Origin: a virus
Lineage: Duplodnaviria; Caudoviricetes
Virus record (IMG/VR): IMGVR_UViG_3300020173_001505
Coordinates: 1-26,184 of that record
DNA length: 26,184 nucleotides
Direction: 5' to 3' (one strand)
Below are positions 1-7,930 of this stretch, in pieces. The translations under genes were made by a program, and so were the position numbers. Within the stretch, counting starts at the first letter, position 1. Every line of letters begins with the position of its first letter. Below the pieces are notes generated by a model that was not told where the DNA came from, made no database searches, and was given only the letters and a program-made list of their open reading frames with translations.

Positions 1-2
1 CC

Positions 3-125
3 AATCCAGAAGACCCTGAGAAAAATATCAAGCCAATACAATTTCAACAATTCAAAGCATTTGGCCATTTGTATTATATTGATGAAAATGGTGAAGTGCA
101 GAAATATTTTTTAGAAGATGAGTGA
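3..125 (+). CDS. 3' end of an upstream hypothetical (probably virion) protein, truncated by the window edge
   Basis: Frame 3 is open from the window start (NPEDPEKNIKPIQF...KYFLEDE*) and ends at TGA 123-125, overlapping the ATG at 118. Not in the ORF track. Confidence 0.7.
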   Translation, partial: NPEDPEKNIKPIQFQQFKAFGHLYYIDENGEVQKYFLEDE

Positions 126-975
126 TTTTACCAAAACACCAGACGCAACAAATTATCGCCCAACACTTTTAATTAACCCGTTTCATCCTAACATAAAAAA
201 AGTTGTAGAGGATGAGCAAGTTAAATATAAGGTAAGTTTTAATCAAGCCTATGTTTATGATCATGCGAATGGTATAATTTCTAATCCTATACGAATTGAG
301 TATATGGACTTGGATACACAGTTAGATTCAGGTCAAAAATATTTATTTTATGTTGAGTTATATTTAGAAGATGGCAATGTGTCTTCTGCATATTTTCTCA
401 ATGAGTCTGGTGAAGAAGCAGAATTGCCAGCAAACACTGATGATATTAAATATTTTGAAGTGTGCAGAATGGACTTTGTTAGTTTAACTTCTTTAAAGCT
501 AAGAGAAAATATACATTGGAGTGGTAGTGGTGGTGGCGGTGGTGCTGCATTTACTCACCCGTTCCGTTTGATCCGCGTTGATTCTACTACTTGGCGCATC
601 GAGACAGAGGGTTCATCCATTATTAACGATGATGATGGAAGTTCTATACCAATTACAAATCTCGGCATTAACCGAACCAGTAATGGTTATGTTTATATTC
701 AGTGTGAAATTACCAGTGGGCCTGTTCCATCAGGAGCAGCAACAGTAGTGGTATCTGCTACAGCTAAAGATGAAATTGAAGTTGCTGGTGGAGTGCAAAC
801 TTATGCTAATTTGTTGATCGGACAAGTTTATATAAACCTTGCTGGTAATGACATTGATATTTCACAAGCGTGGAACAATGCAGCCTTACTTTCACTAATG
901 TTTGAATCTGGAGATTTGCGCTGGGCATTCCAAGCTCACCCGTCTCACGTTAATTCTTTAACTGCTGGCACATAA
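118..975 (+). CDS. Hypothetical protein, probably virion/tail-associated; two modules joined by a Gly linker
   Basis: 285-aa acidic ORF with a beta-strand-like pattern and a central SGSGGGGG linker; coupled to both neighbours (TAATG overlap at 975). Function is inferred from composition and context only. Confidence 0.55.
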   Translation: MSDFTKTPDATNYRPTLLINPFHPNIKKVVEDEQVKYKVSFNQAYVYDHANGIISNPIRIEYMDLDTQLDSGQKYLFYVELYLEDGNVSSAYFLNESGEEAELPANTDDIKYFEVCRMDFVSLTSLKLRENIHWSGSGGGGGAAFTHPFRLIRVDSTTWRIETEGSSIINDDDGSSIPITNLGINRTSNGYVYIQCEITSGPVPSGAATVVVSATAKDEIEVAGGVQTYANLLIGQVYINLAGNDIDISQAWNNAALLSLMFESGDLRWAFQAHPSHVNSLTAGT

Positions 976-2066
976 TGGGAACCAGAATTGCATTCAGGCC
1001 AAGAGCTAGGGGTTGTGCTATCGCTGGTCTTGGAAGTCCTGCTGGGGCATCTGCATTAGAGCCTCGGATTAAATATGTAAAAGGGGTTACAAGCGGGACT
1101 CCAGCTTCGGATGAAGTGTTGTGTGGAGAAGGAACAGATTTTCCGATTATTCTCTCCATGTATGAACTGCAAGAATTTATTCACAGAGTTAAGATCGCTT
1201 GGGTTACTGCTGGGTCTTTTGATCATGAAGATGATGGGGCTGGGTATTCTACATACTTTAGTCACAACGCGCCTTCTGTAGCCCCAACCACCACTGAACT
1301 TACCGAAAATGTAGATACTGGAACTTTTCTTTTAGCTAAGAAGTTGGGTTATACCACTGAAGATACTACATCTGGAATTACTCTTGATAGATTGGATTCT
1401 ACTTTTAAAGCTGAATATACTGTTACAGGGCTTGACGGTGACAGCGATTACTACGCTAGAGACATAGGTAATGATGAAAGAGGGATGTGGTCTTTTCCTG
1501 AAATTGCAGGGAACCACCCTAAAATAAACGAACCTTCAGAATTTAGGTGCGGCTTCAGCTATTACATGGGCAACTATTATGGGTTTGGTAATGGGGGGCA
1601 GACAACTGATACTTCAATTCCTTCTTCGTCATATGGATACACAGAAGTAAATGATCCACTAGGAACTACATATTTAGACTTAGATATAGAATGTATTGTC
1701 ACTGGCCGAGTGGCTTATGTTAACACCGCTGGAGGTAACGGCCCCTTTGCTTCTGACGCAGTTTTTTATCCCGAATTATCTTTTAAGGTTTATGGCGTTT
1801 TGGATTATTTGGCCGTTGACGATATAGTTCTTTCAACCAAAATTGAGGATGCTGGTTTTTCTGATTCTGGCATTCAATTCACTTTACGCCTTGCTGGGCC
1901 TAACGATGTATCCTGCAAGTTGTATTCACCAATTCCTACACTTCCTCAAACAGTCACATATAGTGGTAATGATTGGGTTTTAGAGGCCCAAGAATGGTGG
2001 CCGTATGCCCACCGCAACGGAAACCCTGTTTGGAATACGGGGACAGGGGCTTGGGTTGCTCCGTAA
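975..2066 (+). CDS. Hypothetical protein, probably virion/tail-associated
   Basis: 363-aa ORF rich in T/G/D/Y/S; last gene of the + strand unit, converging on the - strand block. Confidence 0.55.
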   Translation: MGTRIAFRPRARGCAIAGLGSPAGASALEPRIKYVKGVTSGTPASDEVLCGEGTDFPIILSMYELQEFIHRVKIAWVTAGSFDHEDDGAGYSTYFSHNAPSVAPTTTELTENVDTGTFLLAKKLGYTTEDTTSGITLDRLDSTFKAEYTVTGLDGDSDYYARDIGNDERGMWSFPEIAGNHPKINEPSEFRCGFSYYMGNYYGFGNGGQTTDTSIPSSSYGYTEVNDPLGTTYLDLDIECIVTGRVAYVNTAGGNGPFASDAVFYPELSFKVYGVLDYLAVDDIVLSTKIEDAGFSDSGIQFTLRLAGPNDVSCKLYSPIPTLPQTVTYSGNDWVLEAQEWWPYAHRNGNPVWNTGTGAWVAP

Positions 2067-2090
2067 TTTCATTATTACTTTTATAAAAAG

Positions 2091-2624
2091 CTATAACAAT
2101 TCCATTGGTTGACGATATTCCTTGTAAGGCAAAAAATAACATTCACAAGAATTCAAAACATCAACAATCTTAATCATTGTCATTAAGTCTTTGCGGTCTT
2201 TTCTTGTATAACCTTTGTATAAACAATCCTTTGCCTTGTTGACAGTATCATCTAAATTACATAAAGCAACACTTGTTTCATAAAGGTCTTTATTTTTGGC
2301 GCACAAAAACATGCCTCCCATATCAAAAGCAATCCATTCTGGCATTTCTTCTTTGTTGCACCATCCATTCTTTCCTTGAACATTTTTCAGTTCTAAAAGA
2401 ATATTTCCTTCTTTTGTGCTATCCTTGAGTCCTTTTACATCATAGGTTTTGCCATCTACGACAAAATCAATATGCTTCATATCAGTGGCCGCGCCTGTTT
2501 TCTTGATATGTTTTTTAGCTGCTTTGCAACTATCATAAAATCGGCGCTCGCCGCTTTGTCCTGTTTGCTGCGACTTGTAAATATGTGCCGCTGACGACAT
2601 GCCTTGTGCTTTACGAGAAATCAT
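2091..2624 (-). CDS. PD-(D/E)XK-type nuclease-like protein
   Basis: Motif E..F...HIDF-VVDGKTY-DVKG. The likely start is ATG 2624 (MISRK), overlapping the end of the upstream HAD gene, rather than 2675. Confidence 0.6.
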   Translation of the reverse strand: MISRKAQGMSSAAHIYKSQQTGQSGERRFYDSCKAAKKHIKKTGAATDMKHIDFVVDGKTYDVKGLKDSTKEGNILLELKNVQGKNGWCNKEEMPEWIAFDMGGMFLCAKNKDLYETSVALCNLDDTVNKAKDCLYKGYTRKDRKDLMTMIKIVDVLNSCECYFLPYKEYRQPMELL

Positions 2625-2931
2625 CGAAATACCCTCCTTGGAAAAATTTGTTAGTGTTATATGCCTTATCGTCAATTAAATAATCAAATGGCATTTTATC
2701 TAGACGAAGCTCTGTATATTTAGCTCCCCACTGTTCAAGTTGACTTTTTGTAAGTTCTGTATGGTCTTTACCAGAGTTTCCTCCACGCGCAGTCCAATAA
2801 ATAATTTCTGCACCTTCATCGTGTAATTCATTGATGTATTCGATACGCTCTTTATACGGCTGTGCTTCTTCGTATTTGCCATCAGTCAGAGTGCAAATTG
2901 TGCCGTCAATGTCTACACAGATTCTTTTCAT
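2611..2931 (-). CDS. Minimal capless HAD-superfamily phosphatase
   Basis: Motif I CVDIDGT, motif II WTARG, motif IV IDDKA; 106 aa. Confidence 0.85.
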   Translation of the reverse strand: MKRICVDIDGTICTLTDGKYEEAQPYKERIEYINELHDEGAEIIYWTARGGNSGKDHTELTKSQLEQWGAKYTELRLDKMPFDYLIDDKAYNTNKFFQGGYFDDFS

Positions 2932-3440
2932 TTAATTTTGTCGATAATGTTTGTAGAACTGACGTTATCAAGTAATGGTAAAAATGTCAACCCAATATTC
3001 ATCTTCTTTGCTATATTTGCCTCATATTGATTTAAACTTGGGCTTTTTTCATAATCGCCGCCTTTAAACCAAATGTCGGGCTGTATAATTTTTAAATACT
3101 TTCCTACTGTCTTTTCTGAGAAAACAAAAACATAATCCACGGCAGAATGACAAGCAACCATATAGGCTCTTTGTTGGTGAGGAATAATTGGGCGTGTTGG
3201 CCCTTTGTTTCCTCTGACGCTAGAATCACTGTTTACGCCCACAACCAGTTTACCTCCTGCACCAAGACTTTCCTTTGCTAAATTTAAAAGGCTGGCGTGT
3301 CCAGCATGAAAAAGATCGTAGCAACCATTGGTAAAACCAAGTCGCGTGTGAATACCAAAACCCCTCATGTCGTGAATTTGTTTAACTTCTTTTTGAAGGT
3401 TCTCGACTGAGAATATTTTTTTATGCTTTAGATTGTGCAT
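2928..3440 (-). CDS. hldC: Heptose-1-phosphate nucleotidyltransferase (HldC / RfaE domain II-like)
   Basis: GFTNGCYDLFHAGH (HxGH), VGVNSDSSV..NKG.TRPI, KGGDY and C-terminal SST.II.KI. Confidence 0.85.
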   Translation of the reverse strand: MHNLKHKKIFSVENLQKEVKQIHDMRGFGIHTRLGFTNGCYDLFHAGHASLLNLAKESLGAGGKLVVGVNSDSSVRGNKGPTRPIIPHQQRAYMVACHSAVDYVFVFSEKTVGKYLKIIQPDIWFKGGDYEKSPSLNQYEANIAKKMNIGLTFLPLLDNVSSTNIIDKIK

Positions 3441-4195
3441 ACTCCTTTTTTACCCACAACAATACTACAGCATTTTTGAGCAAAGTCAATAGCCTTTTCA
3501 ATATTCATTGTTGTTTTATATTCATATGCTAATGCAGCAAGAAATGTATCTCCTGCGCCAGATACATCAAACACTTGGTTTGCTTGACATGGATAAAGTT
3601 CTTCATTATACATGCAACCTTCTGCTCCCATTGTAACAACAAGAGTTTCTCGGTAGCTGTCGTATTTTTCTTTGAAGCCATTTTCGTTGAACTCTTTTTT
3701 ATTAATTTTAATAAGATCGTAAAACAAGAAGTCTCCATCTCTCACAGTCTTTTTGGTATCCAAGAACAACAAACATTTGTTGTTTGCTTGTAGAACTTCG
3801 TGTGATATATGATTAATATCATCATGAGATAAAAAGCCTTTATTATAATCAGATACAATCACTACATCATATTTTGAAAAGTTAATTTCTTTTAATGATC
3901 GACTATATATGTATTGGTCTGTGTCAACACGAACCAGTAATTGATTAGAAGCCTCGTCTACAAGGCGCTCTTTATAACCTTGGGTAATATTTGAAAACAA
4001 TGTAAAGCTGCTATAGTTGTCGCCGCGATCTTTTGCGATAGCCTTAAGATTTGTATAAACGTTGCCAGCCATTCCCCAATGATACTCTTCTCTCTTTGGG
4101 CAAAAAACAGGAACAGGGGCTTCTGGACAAATTCGCTCAACCGAACCATAAACGAATTTATCTTGACAAGTTTCGCCAATTACTAAAACATTCAT
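3428..4195 (-). CDS. hldA: PfkB-family heptose-7-phosphate kinase (HldA / RfaE domain I-like)
   Basis: VLVIGE..D..VYG.VERICPEAPVPV, GMAGNV, SDYNKG, DVSGAGDTFLA. Confidence 0.88.
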   Translation of the reverse strand: MNVLVIGETCQDKFVYGSVERICPEAPVPVFCPKREEYHWGMAGNVYTNLKAIAKDRGDNYSSFTLFSNITQGYKERLVDEASNQLLVRVDTDQYIYSRSLKEINFSKYDVVIVSDYNKGFLSHDDINHISHEVLQANNKCLLFLDTKKTVRDGDFLFYDLIKINKKEFNENGFKEKYDSYRETLVVTMGAEGCMYNEELYPCQANQVFDVSGAGDTFLAALAYEYKTTMNIEKAIDFAQKCCSIVVGKKGVCTI

Positions 4196-4578
4196 TTTTG
4201 TGAGTCGCCTTTTTCAATTCTATAAGAATCTTCATTAAAATGCTGTGTGCTAATTTCAAAAACAGTGCCTTTGCCATCTTCTCCTTTGATACAGGTCAAT
4301 TTGTGGGGAACGCTTGGCTCTAAATGAATAGTATCACCAGCATGAAGAGTGGATTTTTGTCGTTCAGCAGATTCAAGGTCAAAATATTCCATTTCAAATG
4401 TGCCTTGAGTAATCACCCAAGTTTCTTCTTTCTTAATGTGGTAGTGCATAGAAAAAGAAGCACCTTCATTAAACTCCAAAATTTTACCACAATACTGCGG
4501 AATATTCACAACCCAAAGCTCGCGACCCCAAGCTTTATTGTGTTGCTGTAATTTACCGAAAATTGGTTTCTTGGCCAT
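4192..4578 (-). CDS. Cupin-fold protein (sugar-phosphate isomerase-like)
   Basis: KAWGRE...YCGKIL, FSMHYH..KEETW (HxH..E) and VPH give the cupin metal site; first gene of the cupin-hldA-hldC-HAD unit with overlapping reading frames. Confidence 0.8.
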   Translation of the reverse strand: MAKKPIFGKLQQHNKAWGRELWVVNIPQYCGKILEFNEGASFSMHYHIKKEETWVITQGTFEMEYFDLESAERQKSTLHAGDTIHLEPSVPHKLTCIKGEDGKGTVFEISTQHFNEDSYRIEKGDSQK

Positions 4579-4582
4579 ACCA

Positions 4583-4611
4583 ATTATAATTACAAAAACT
4601 AAAAAAGTCCA
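4583..4611 (-). promoter_or_regulatory. Candidate promoter for the cupin-hldA-hldC-HAD operon
   Basis: TGGACT-N17-TATAAT-N4-ATG; also TGTAA-N11-ATG, the spacing of the putative late motif. The -35 lies inside the terminator stem. Confidence 0.45.
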
Positions 4612-4629
4612 CTTTTAGGTGGACTTTTT
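4601..4629 (-). terminator. Rho-independent terminator (symmetric, could act in both directions)
   Basis: AAAAAAGTCCAC-TTTTAG-GTGGACTTTTT inverted repeat just after the stop of 4637..4936. Confidence 0.8.
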
Positions 4630-4636
4630 AAGTTGA

Positions 4637-4936
4637 TTAAAGTTTGATAGTTTTTGGACTGATTTCTTCTAGTTCTTCGCAGATAGAAAAAATTTCAGAT
4701 GAATTCATGTCCTTGGCGTTGTTGCGTAACAAAGATAATTGTTTTTGGAAATAAACAAATTCTTGATCTTGCATGATAAATTTTTTTGTTTTATTATCAT
4801 AAATAGATTCTTCAAACACTTCGTAGATCATAGGATCAATTTGTTGTTCGATAGGACAGTAATTTGTATTGCCCACAACATAGCGAAAGATATCTTCGCG
4901 GCGAATTTTTTTCAAAGAGAAAATGTCGTTTGTCAT
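4637..4936 (-). CDS. Hypothetical protein (99 aa) with its own promoter and terminator
   Basis: Clean ORF between a consensus promoter and a hairpin terminator. Confidence 0.75.
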   Translation of the reverse strand: MTNDIFSLKKIRREDIFRYVVGNTNYCPIEQQIDPMIYEVFEESIYDNKTKKFIMQDQEFVYFQKQLSLLRNNAKDMNSSEIFSICEELEEISPKTIKL

Positions 4937-4945
4937 TGTGGTGAA

Positions 4946-4974
4946 ATATTACGACACCTTGAAGCAAATGTCAA
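4946..4974 (-). promoter_or_regulatory. Sigma70-type promoter
   Basis: TTGACA-N17-TAATAT, 9 nt before ATG 4936; the -35 overlaps the endolysin TGA stop. Confidence 0.75.
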
Positions 4975-5633
4975 ATACAAGATTCAACTAATTTCGCCTC
5001 TGCTTCTCGGCGCTTTAACAAGCCTTCCAATCCTTTGTTGGCCCATAAGCGTTTCATTAAGCGTATTTCTTCTGCTATGCCCTCATAGTCTTTTTGTGGC
5101 ACTAAAGCGCGAATGCGGCGCATTTCTTCCCTTCTGGAACCTTTCATGGATGCACCACGATTAAAAACAATAGAAACTAACGCTCCAAAAGCATCGGGAT
5201 GTAATTCCTCGGATTTTGGAAATGCCTTTAACGTATAGTCAACAAATTTGATAAGCGTAGTTTCTTCAAACACCTTGAGTGCTGCATCCCAAGAAATAAC
5301 AATATCTTTTACTCTATCCACATAACTTTCCGCGCTTTTGCCCTTGATGCCAACGACACTAAGCAAACGCTCCATATCGCTATCAGAAATAAATTCGCCC
5401 CAATCTTTTTTAACTGTTGCTTTGGAATTGTATCCTAAATCATAACCAATGCCGATTGTGACTCCGCTGGCTGCTTTTGGCCAAGTTGGGCGTTTGAGAA
5501 ATTTGTTATAATAAGCCTGATCTCCAATTTCATATTTAATGATTAGGTCTATAGATTTTTGAGATAATGAATATATGTCCTTTTTCATATCTTTTGAACC
5601 AAAGATTTTACCCAACCATGAAAATAAGCTCAT
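4971..5633 (-). CDS. Endolysin, lysozyme-fold muramidase (GH24/pesticin-like)
   Basis: LIIKYE, SGVTIGIGYDLG, ALVSIVFNRG and C-terminal GLLKRREAEA; directly after a holin-like gene. Confidence 0.85.
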   Translation of the reverse strand: MSLFSWLGKIFGSKDMKKDIYSLSQKSIDLIIKYEIGDQAYYNKFLKRPTWPKAASGVTIGIGYDLGYNSKATVKKDWGEFISDSDMERLLSVVGIKGKSAESYVDRVKDIVISWDAALKVFEETTLIKFVDYTLKAFPKSEELHPDAFGALVSIVFNRGASMKGSRREEMRRIRALVPQKDYEGIAEEIRLMKRLWANKGLEGLLKRREAEAKLVESCI

Positions 5634-5947
5634 TTTTTCACAAATTTTTCAGGATTTTTTTCAAACTTTTTAGCTAAAGCGACTATACCATTAATCACTT
5701 CTGGACTAATAACACCGATAATACCATAACAAATAGCTTTTGAAAAATCAGAAAATGGAGCGCCACTTAAAACAAACCAAGCGATTCCGCTGAAAATTGC
5801 AGCACTAAGAATGCGCTTAAACATCATCAATAAAGAATGCTTTCTTGGGTCGATCATAATTCTAGCGGCCATGCCTAATGCGCCAACAATCGGCACAAAC
5901 CAACCACCCTCTAAACAGAATTCGCGAAATATTGTTTTAAAATCCAT
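5630..5947 (-). CDS. Putative holin (about 105 aa, up to three hydrophobic segments, charged C-terminus)
   Basis: Hydrophobic runs GWFVPIVGALGMAA, ILSAAIFSGIAWFVL, AICYGIIGVIS; ATGA overlap with the endolysin. The likely start is ATG 5947 (MDFKT), not 6019. Confidence 0.7.
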   Translation of the reverse strand: MDFKTIFREFCLEGGWFVPIVGALGMAARIMIDPRKHSLLMMFKRILSAAIFSGIAWFVLSGAPFSDFSKAICYGIIGVISPEVINGIVALAKKFEKNPEKFVKK

Positions 5948-5957
5948 TGTGTAATTT

Positions 5958-5967
5958 CTTACACTTA
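5958..5967 (-). promoter_or_regulatory. TAAGTGTAAG motif, putative phage-specific (late) promoter for holin-endolysin
   Basis: 10 nt before the holin ATG; the identical 10-mer is 9 nt before ATG 7325. Confidence 0.5.
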
Positions 5968-5988
5968 GATCGAATAAAATTATTAAAT

Positions 5989-6798
5989 TTATTTGATATA
6001 TTCTTCGACATCTGTCCAATCTATCTCTCCAACCGCATCAATTAATTTTTTGTTATTGGCTTTCGTCCTATATTGATAGTGTTTTTTTAATTCTTTGGGC
6101 ATTGGAATCGTTTCAATCGTAGCATTGTATTTTTTTCCAATAATTTGTGCAATTTCTAAAAATGAAGTGGTTGAGCCTGTGCCAATATTAAATATTCCGC
6201 TGGCATCAGAATGTAATAGACGATAATGAGCTTCGCACACATCATCCACACATATGAAGTCTCTACTCATTTTTTCACTATTTTTAAATACTTTAATTGT
6301 GCCGTTTTGCTTGGCTTGTTGAGTAAATTGATGAACAGGGCTTGCTTGTTTGCCTTTATGTTCTTCATTTTTGCCATATACATTGAAATATCGTAGACCT
6401 TGATATGGGTGCTTTTTATTCAAAAGCCAACAATCAAACATGTATTTACTGAATCCATAAGGATTCAAAGGAGAACAAAACTGATCTTCATCAAATGTTG
6501 TGCTGTTTCCATAAACGCTGGCGCTGCTTGCGTATTGAAATTTTACATTGTTTGCAGAACAAAGCTCGTATACGATACGGGAAAACTCAAAATTTTGTTC
6601 AATGATTTTTTGTATATCGGTTTCTGTGGTAGAAGAATTAGCTCCTAAGTGAATCACAGCGTCCAAACCATTAAAGTTTGAATTTAAATTACCACCGTTT
6701 TTAATATCGTAACCCTCTACCTCTACACCACGCTTGAACAAAAATTGACATAGGTTTTTGCCAATAAAGCCTTCACTTCCAGTAACTAAAACTCTCAT
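5989..6798 (-). CDS. hldD: ADP-L-glycero-D-manno-heptose 6-epimerase-like extended SDR
   Basis: VTGSEGFIG, HLGANSSTTE, YASSASVYG, PLNPYGFSK (YxxxK), GLRYFNVYG.NE.HKG.QAS, RDFICVDDV, YQYRTKA. Confidence 0.9.
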   Translation of the reverse strand: MRVLVTGSEGFIGKNLCQFLFKRGVEVEGYDIKNGGNLNSNFNGLDAVIHLGANSSTTETDIQKIIEQNFEFSRIVYELCSANNVKFQYASSASVYGNSTTFDEDQFCSPLNPYGFSKYMFDCWLLNKKHPYQGLRYFNVYGKNEEHKGKQASPVHQFTQQAKQNGTIKVFKNSEKMSRDFICVDDVCEAHYRLLHSDASGIFNIGTGSTTSFLEIAQIIGKKYNATIETIPMPKELKKHYQYRTKANNKKLIDAVGEIDWTDVEEYIK

Positions 6799-6803
6799 AT
6801 CTT

Positions 6804-6832
6804 ATAATGAGATGTTTTGCAAGAAAAATCAA
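6804..6832 (-). promoter_or_regulatory. Candidate sigma70-type promoter (leaderless) for hldD
   Basis: TTGATT-N17-CATTAT-N5-ATG. Confidence 0.45.
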
Positions 6833-6833
6833 A

Positions 6834-7325
6834 TTAATCTTCTTTTTCGAACTTCATTCCCTGAAGTCCTTCAATTTTTTGATCAGCTTCTTCTTTTGTG
6901 ACACCGATATTTTTTAAATCCAAGCGAGCTACAGCGAAATCCAACTCTGTAAAATTATGATAACCCTGTCCTTCGTTTTCAAACTCATATTCCAATTCGC
7001 CCTCTGCTATATCGCGGTCAGCAGAACGATAAGACTTACCAACGTTTCTGCCTTGGTGCATGTAAATGAATTTATTAACACGCGCAAATGCCCATTGCAT
7101 ATTGCTTTTGCTTGCACAATAAACCCAATCCGTTATAGCTTGACCCCTATTAAAAACTGTTTCAAGCTGTTCTGGGTTTATTTTTTTGTCAAACTTTTGA
7201 TTGTGAAGATTAGCTTTTGAGATCAAAAGTTGAGAAACGCGATCTTTCAGACTAAGCTCTTCTAGCTTTTCTGGAGGATATGCTTCAAAAAATTTTCTTG
7301 CTTCTAACGAAAAATCAACGTCCAT
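6834..7325 (-). CDS. Hypothetical phage protein (163 aa), possibly late/virion-associated
   Basis: Clean ORF with a QWAFARVNKF...ADRDI segment; preceded by the TAAGTGTAAG motif. Confidence 0.65.
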   Translation of the reverse strand: MDVDFSLEARKFFEAYPPEKLEELSLKDRVSQLLISKANLHNQKFDKKINPEQLETVFNRGQAITDWVYCASKSNMQWAFARVNKFIYMHQGRNVGKSYRSADRDIAEGELEYEFENEGQGYHNFTELDFAVARLDLKNIGVTKEEADQKIEGLQGMKFEKED

Positions 7326-7334
7326 ACACCTTTG

Positions 7335-7344
7335 CTTACACTTA
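7335..7344 (-). promoter_or_regulatory. TAAGTGTAAG motif, second copy
   Basis: Exact match to 5958-5967, 9 nt before ATG 7325; its first TAA is the stop of the upstream ORF. Confidence 0.5.
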
Positions 7345-7536
7345 TTTTAAATTCAGGTCTTTATATGCTTGCGTTTTTTCTTCTTCAGACATAGATTTTA
7401 ATTCTTGTGAAAGCTTATCTGCTGCAACATTTGAAACAATCTGAACCGCTTCTTTGAAAGAAATATCCTCCATAACCCTTTGATGAAAAGCCTCAAGTAG
7501 TTGTTTTTCTTGATCTTCTGTTAAGTTATCTGCCAT
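7342..7536 (-). CDS. Small acidic helical hypothetical protein (about 64 aa)
   Basis: Likely start ATG 7536 (MADNLTEDQE), overlapping the end of the upstream ORF. Confidence 0.65.
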   Translation of the reverse strand: MADNLTEDQEKQLLEAFHQRVMEDISFKEAVQIVSNVAADKLSQELKSMSEEEKTQAYKDLNLK

Positions 7537-7726
7537 TTTTGAGTATTCTGTTATTTTTTCTTGATTTGCGAGCAATTTTTTGATTGCGGCGATTTTTCTG
7601 TTTACGCTTCTTTAATTGCTCGTCAAGAATGACTGAGCGTTTTTGAACAGCAATCAATCTCTTGATTTGCTTAGGGCTGAGTTGAAGTTTTGGCTTTTCT
7701 TCGTTATTTTTATCAGTATCTTCCAT
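7526..7726 (-). CDS. Small hypothetical protein with a very basic C-terminus
   Basis: 66 aa, TAATG-coupled to the upstream gene; tail KKRKQKNRRNQKIARKSRK. Confidence 0.65.
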   Translation of the reverse strand: MEDTDKNNEEKPKLQLSPKQIKRLIAVQKRSVILDEQLKKRKQKNRRNQKIARKSRKNNRILKNGR

Positions 7727-7920
7727 TATGTCCTGTCTTTGCTGATGTAAATTCGAAGGTCTGCTTCTTTAGAGCCTTCTTGTTTGTATGAATTACGGAA
7801 AATAACAATTCTCTGTGTCTTTCCATCAACTGTGACAGTGCCAGAATAAAAGGCTTTGTCGTCTTGACCATTGCGCCACAATGATCCACATTCTCTTTCT
7901 TTCCAATCTTCTTTTGACAT
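7726..7920 (-). CDS. Small DUF736-like protein
   Basis: G.LW.....FYSG.V.......VIF.N..K......D.RIY pattern; family recalled, not searched. Confidence 0.55.
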   Translation of the reverse strand: MSKEDWKERECGSLWRNGQDDKAFYSGTVTVDGKTQRIVIFRNSYKQEGSKEADLRIYISKDRT

Positions 7921-7930
7921 ATTATTTATT

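Noticed and set aside
2067-2090. Terminator between the convergent blocks (CTTTT-ATA-AAAAG)
   Set aside because: The stem is almost all A-T and too weak to call.
950-2142. Short - strand ORFs over the + strand genes
   Set aside because: Antisense shadows of longer coupled ORFs, with no recognisable motifs.
5948-6019. Extended N-terminus of the holin in the ORF track (likewise 2675, 7575, 13301, 25876 for other genes)
   Set aside because: The extensions overlap upstream genes, promoters or terminators; internal ATGs fit coupling and promoter spacing better.
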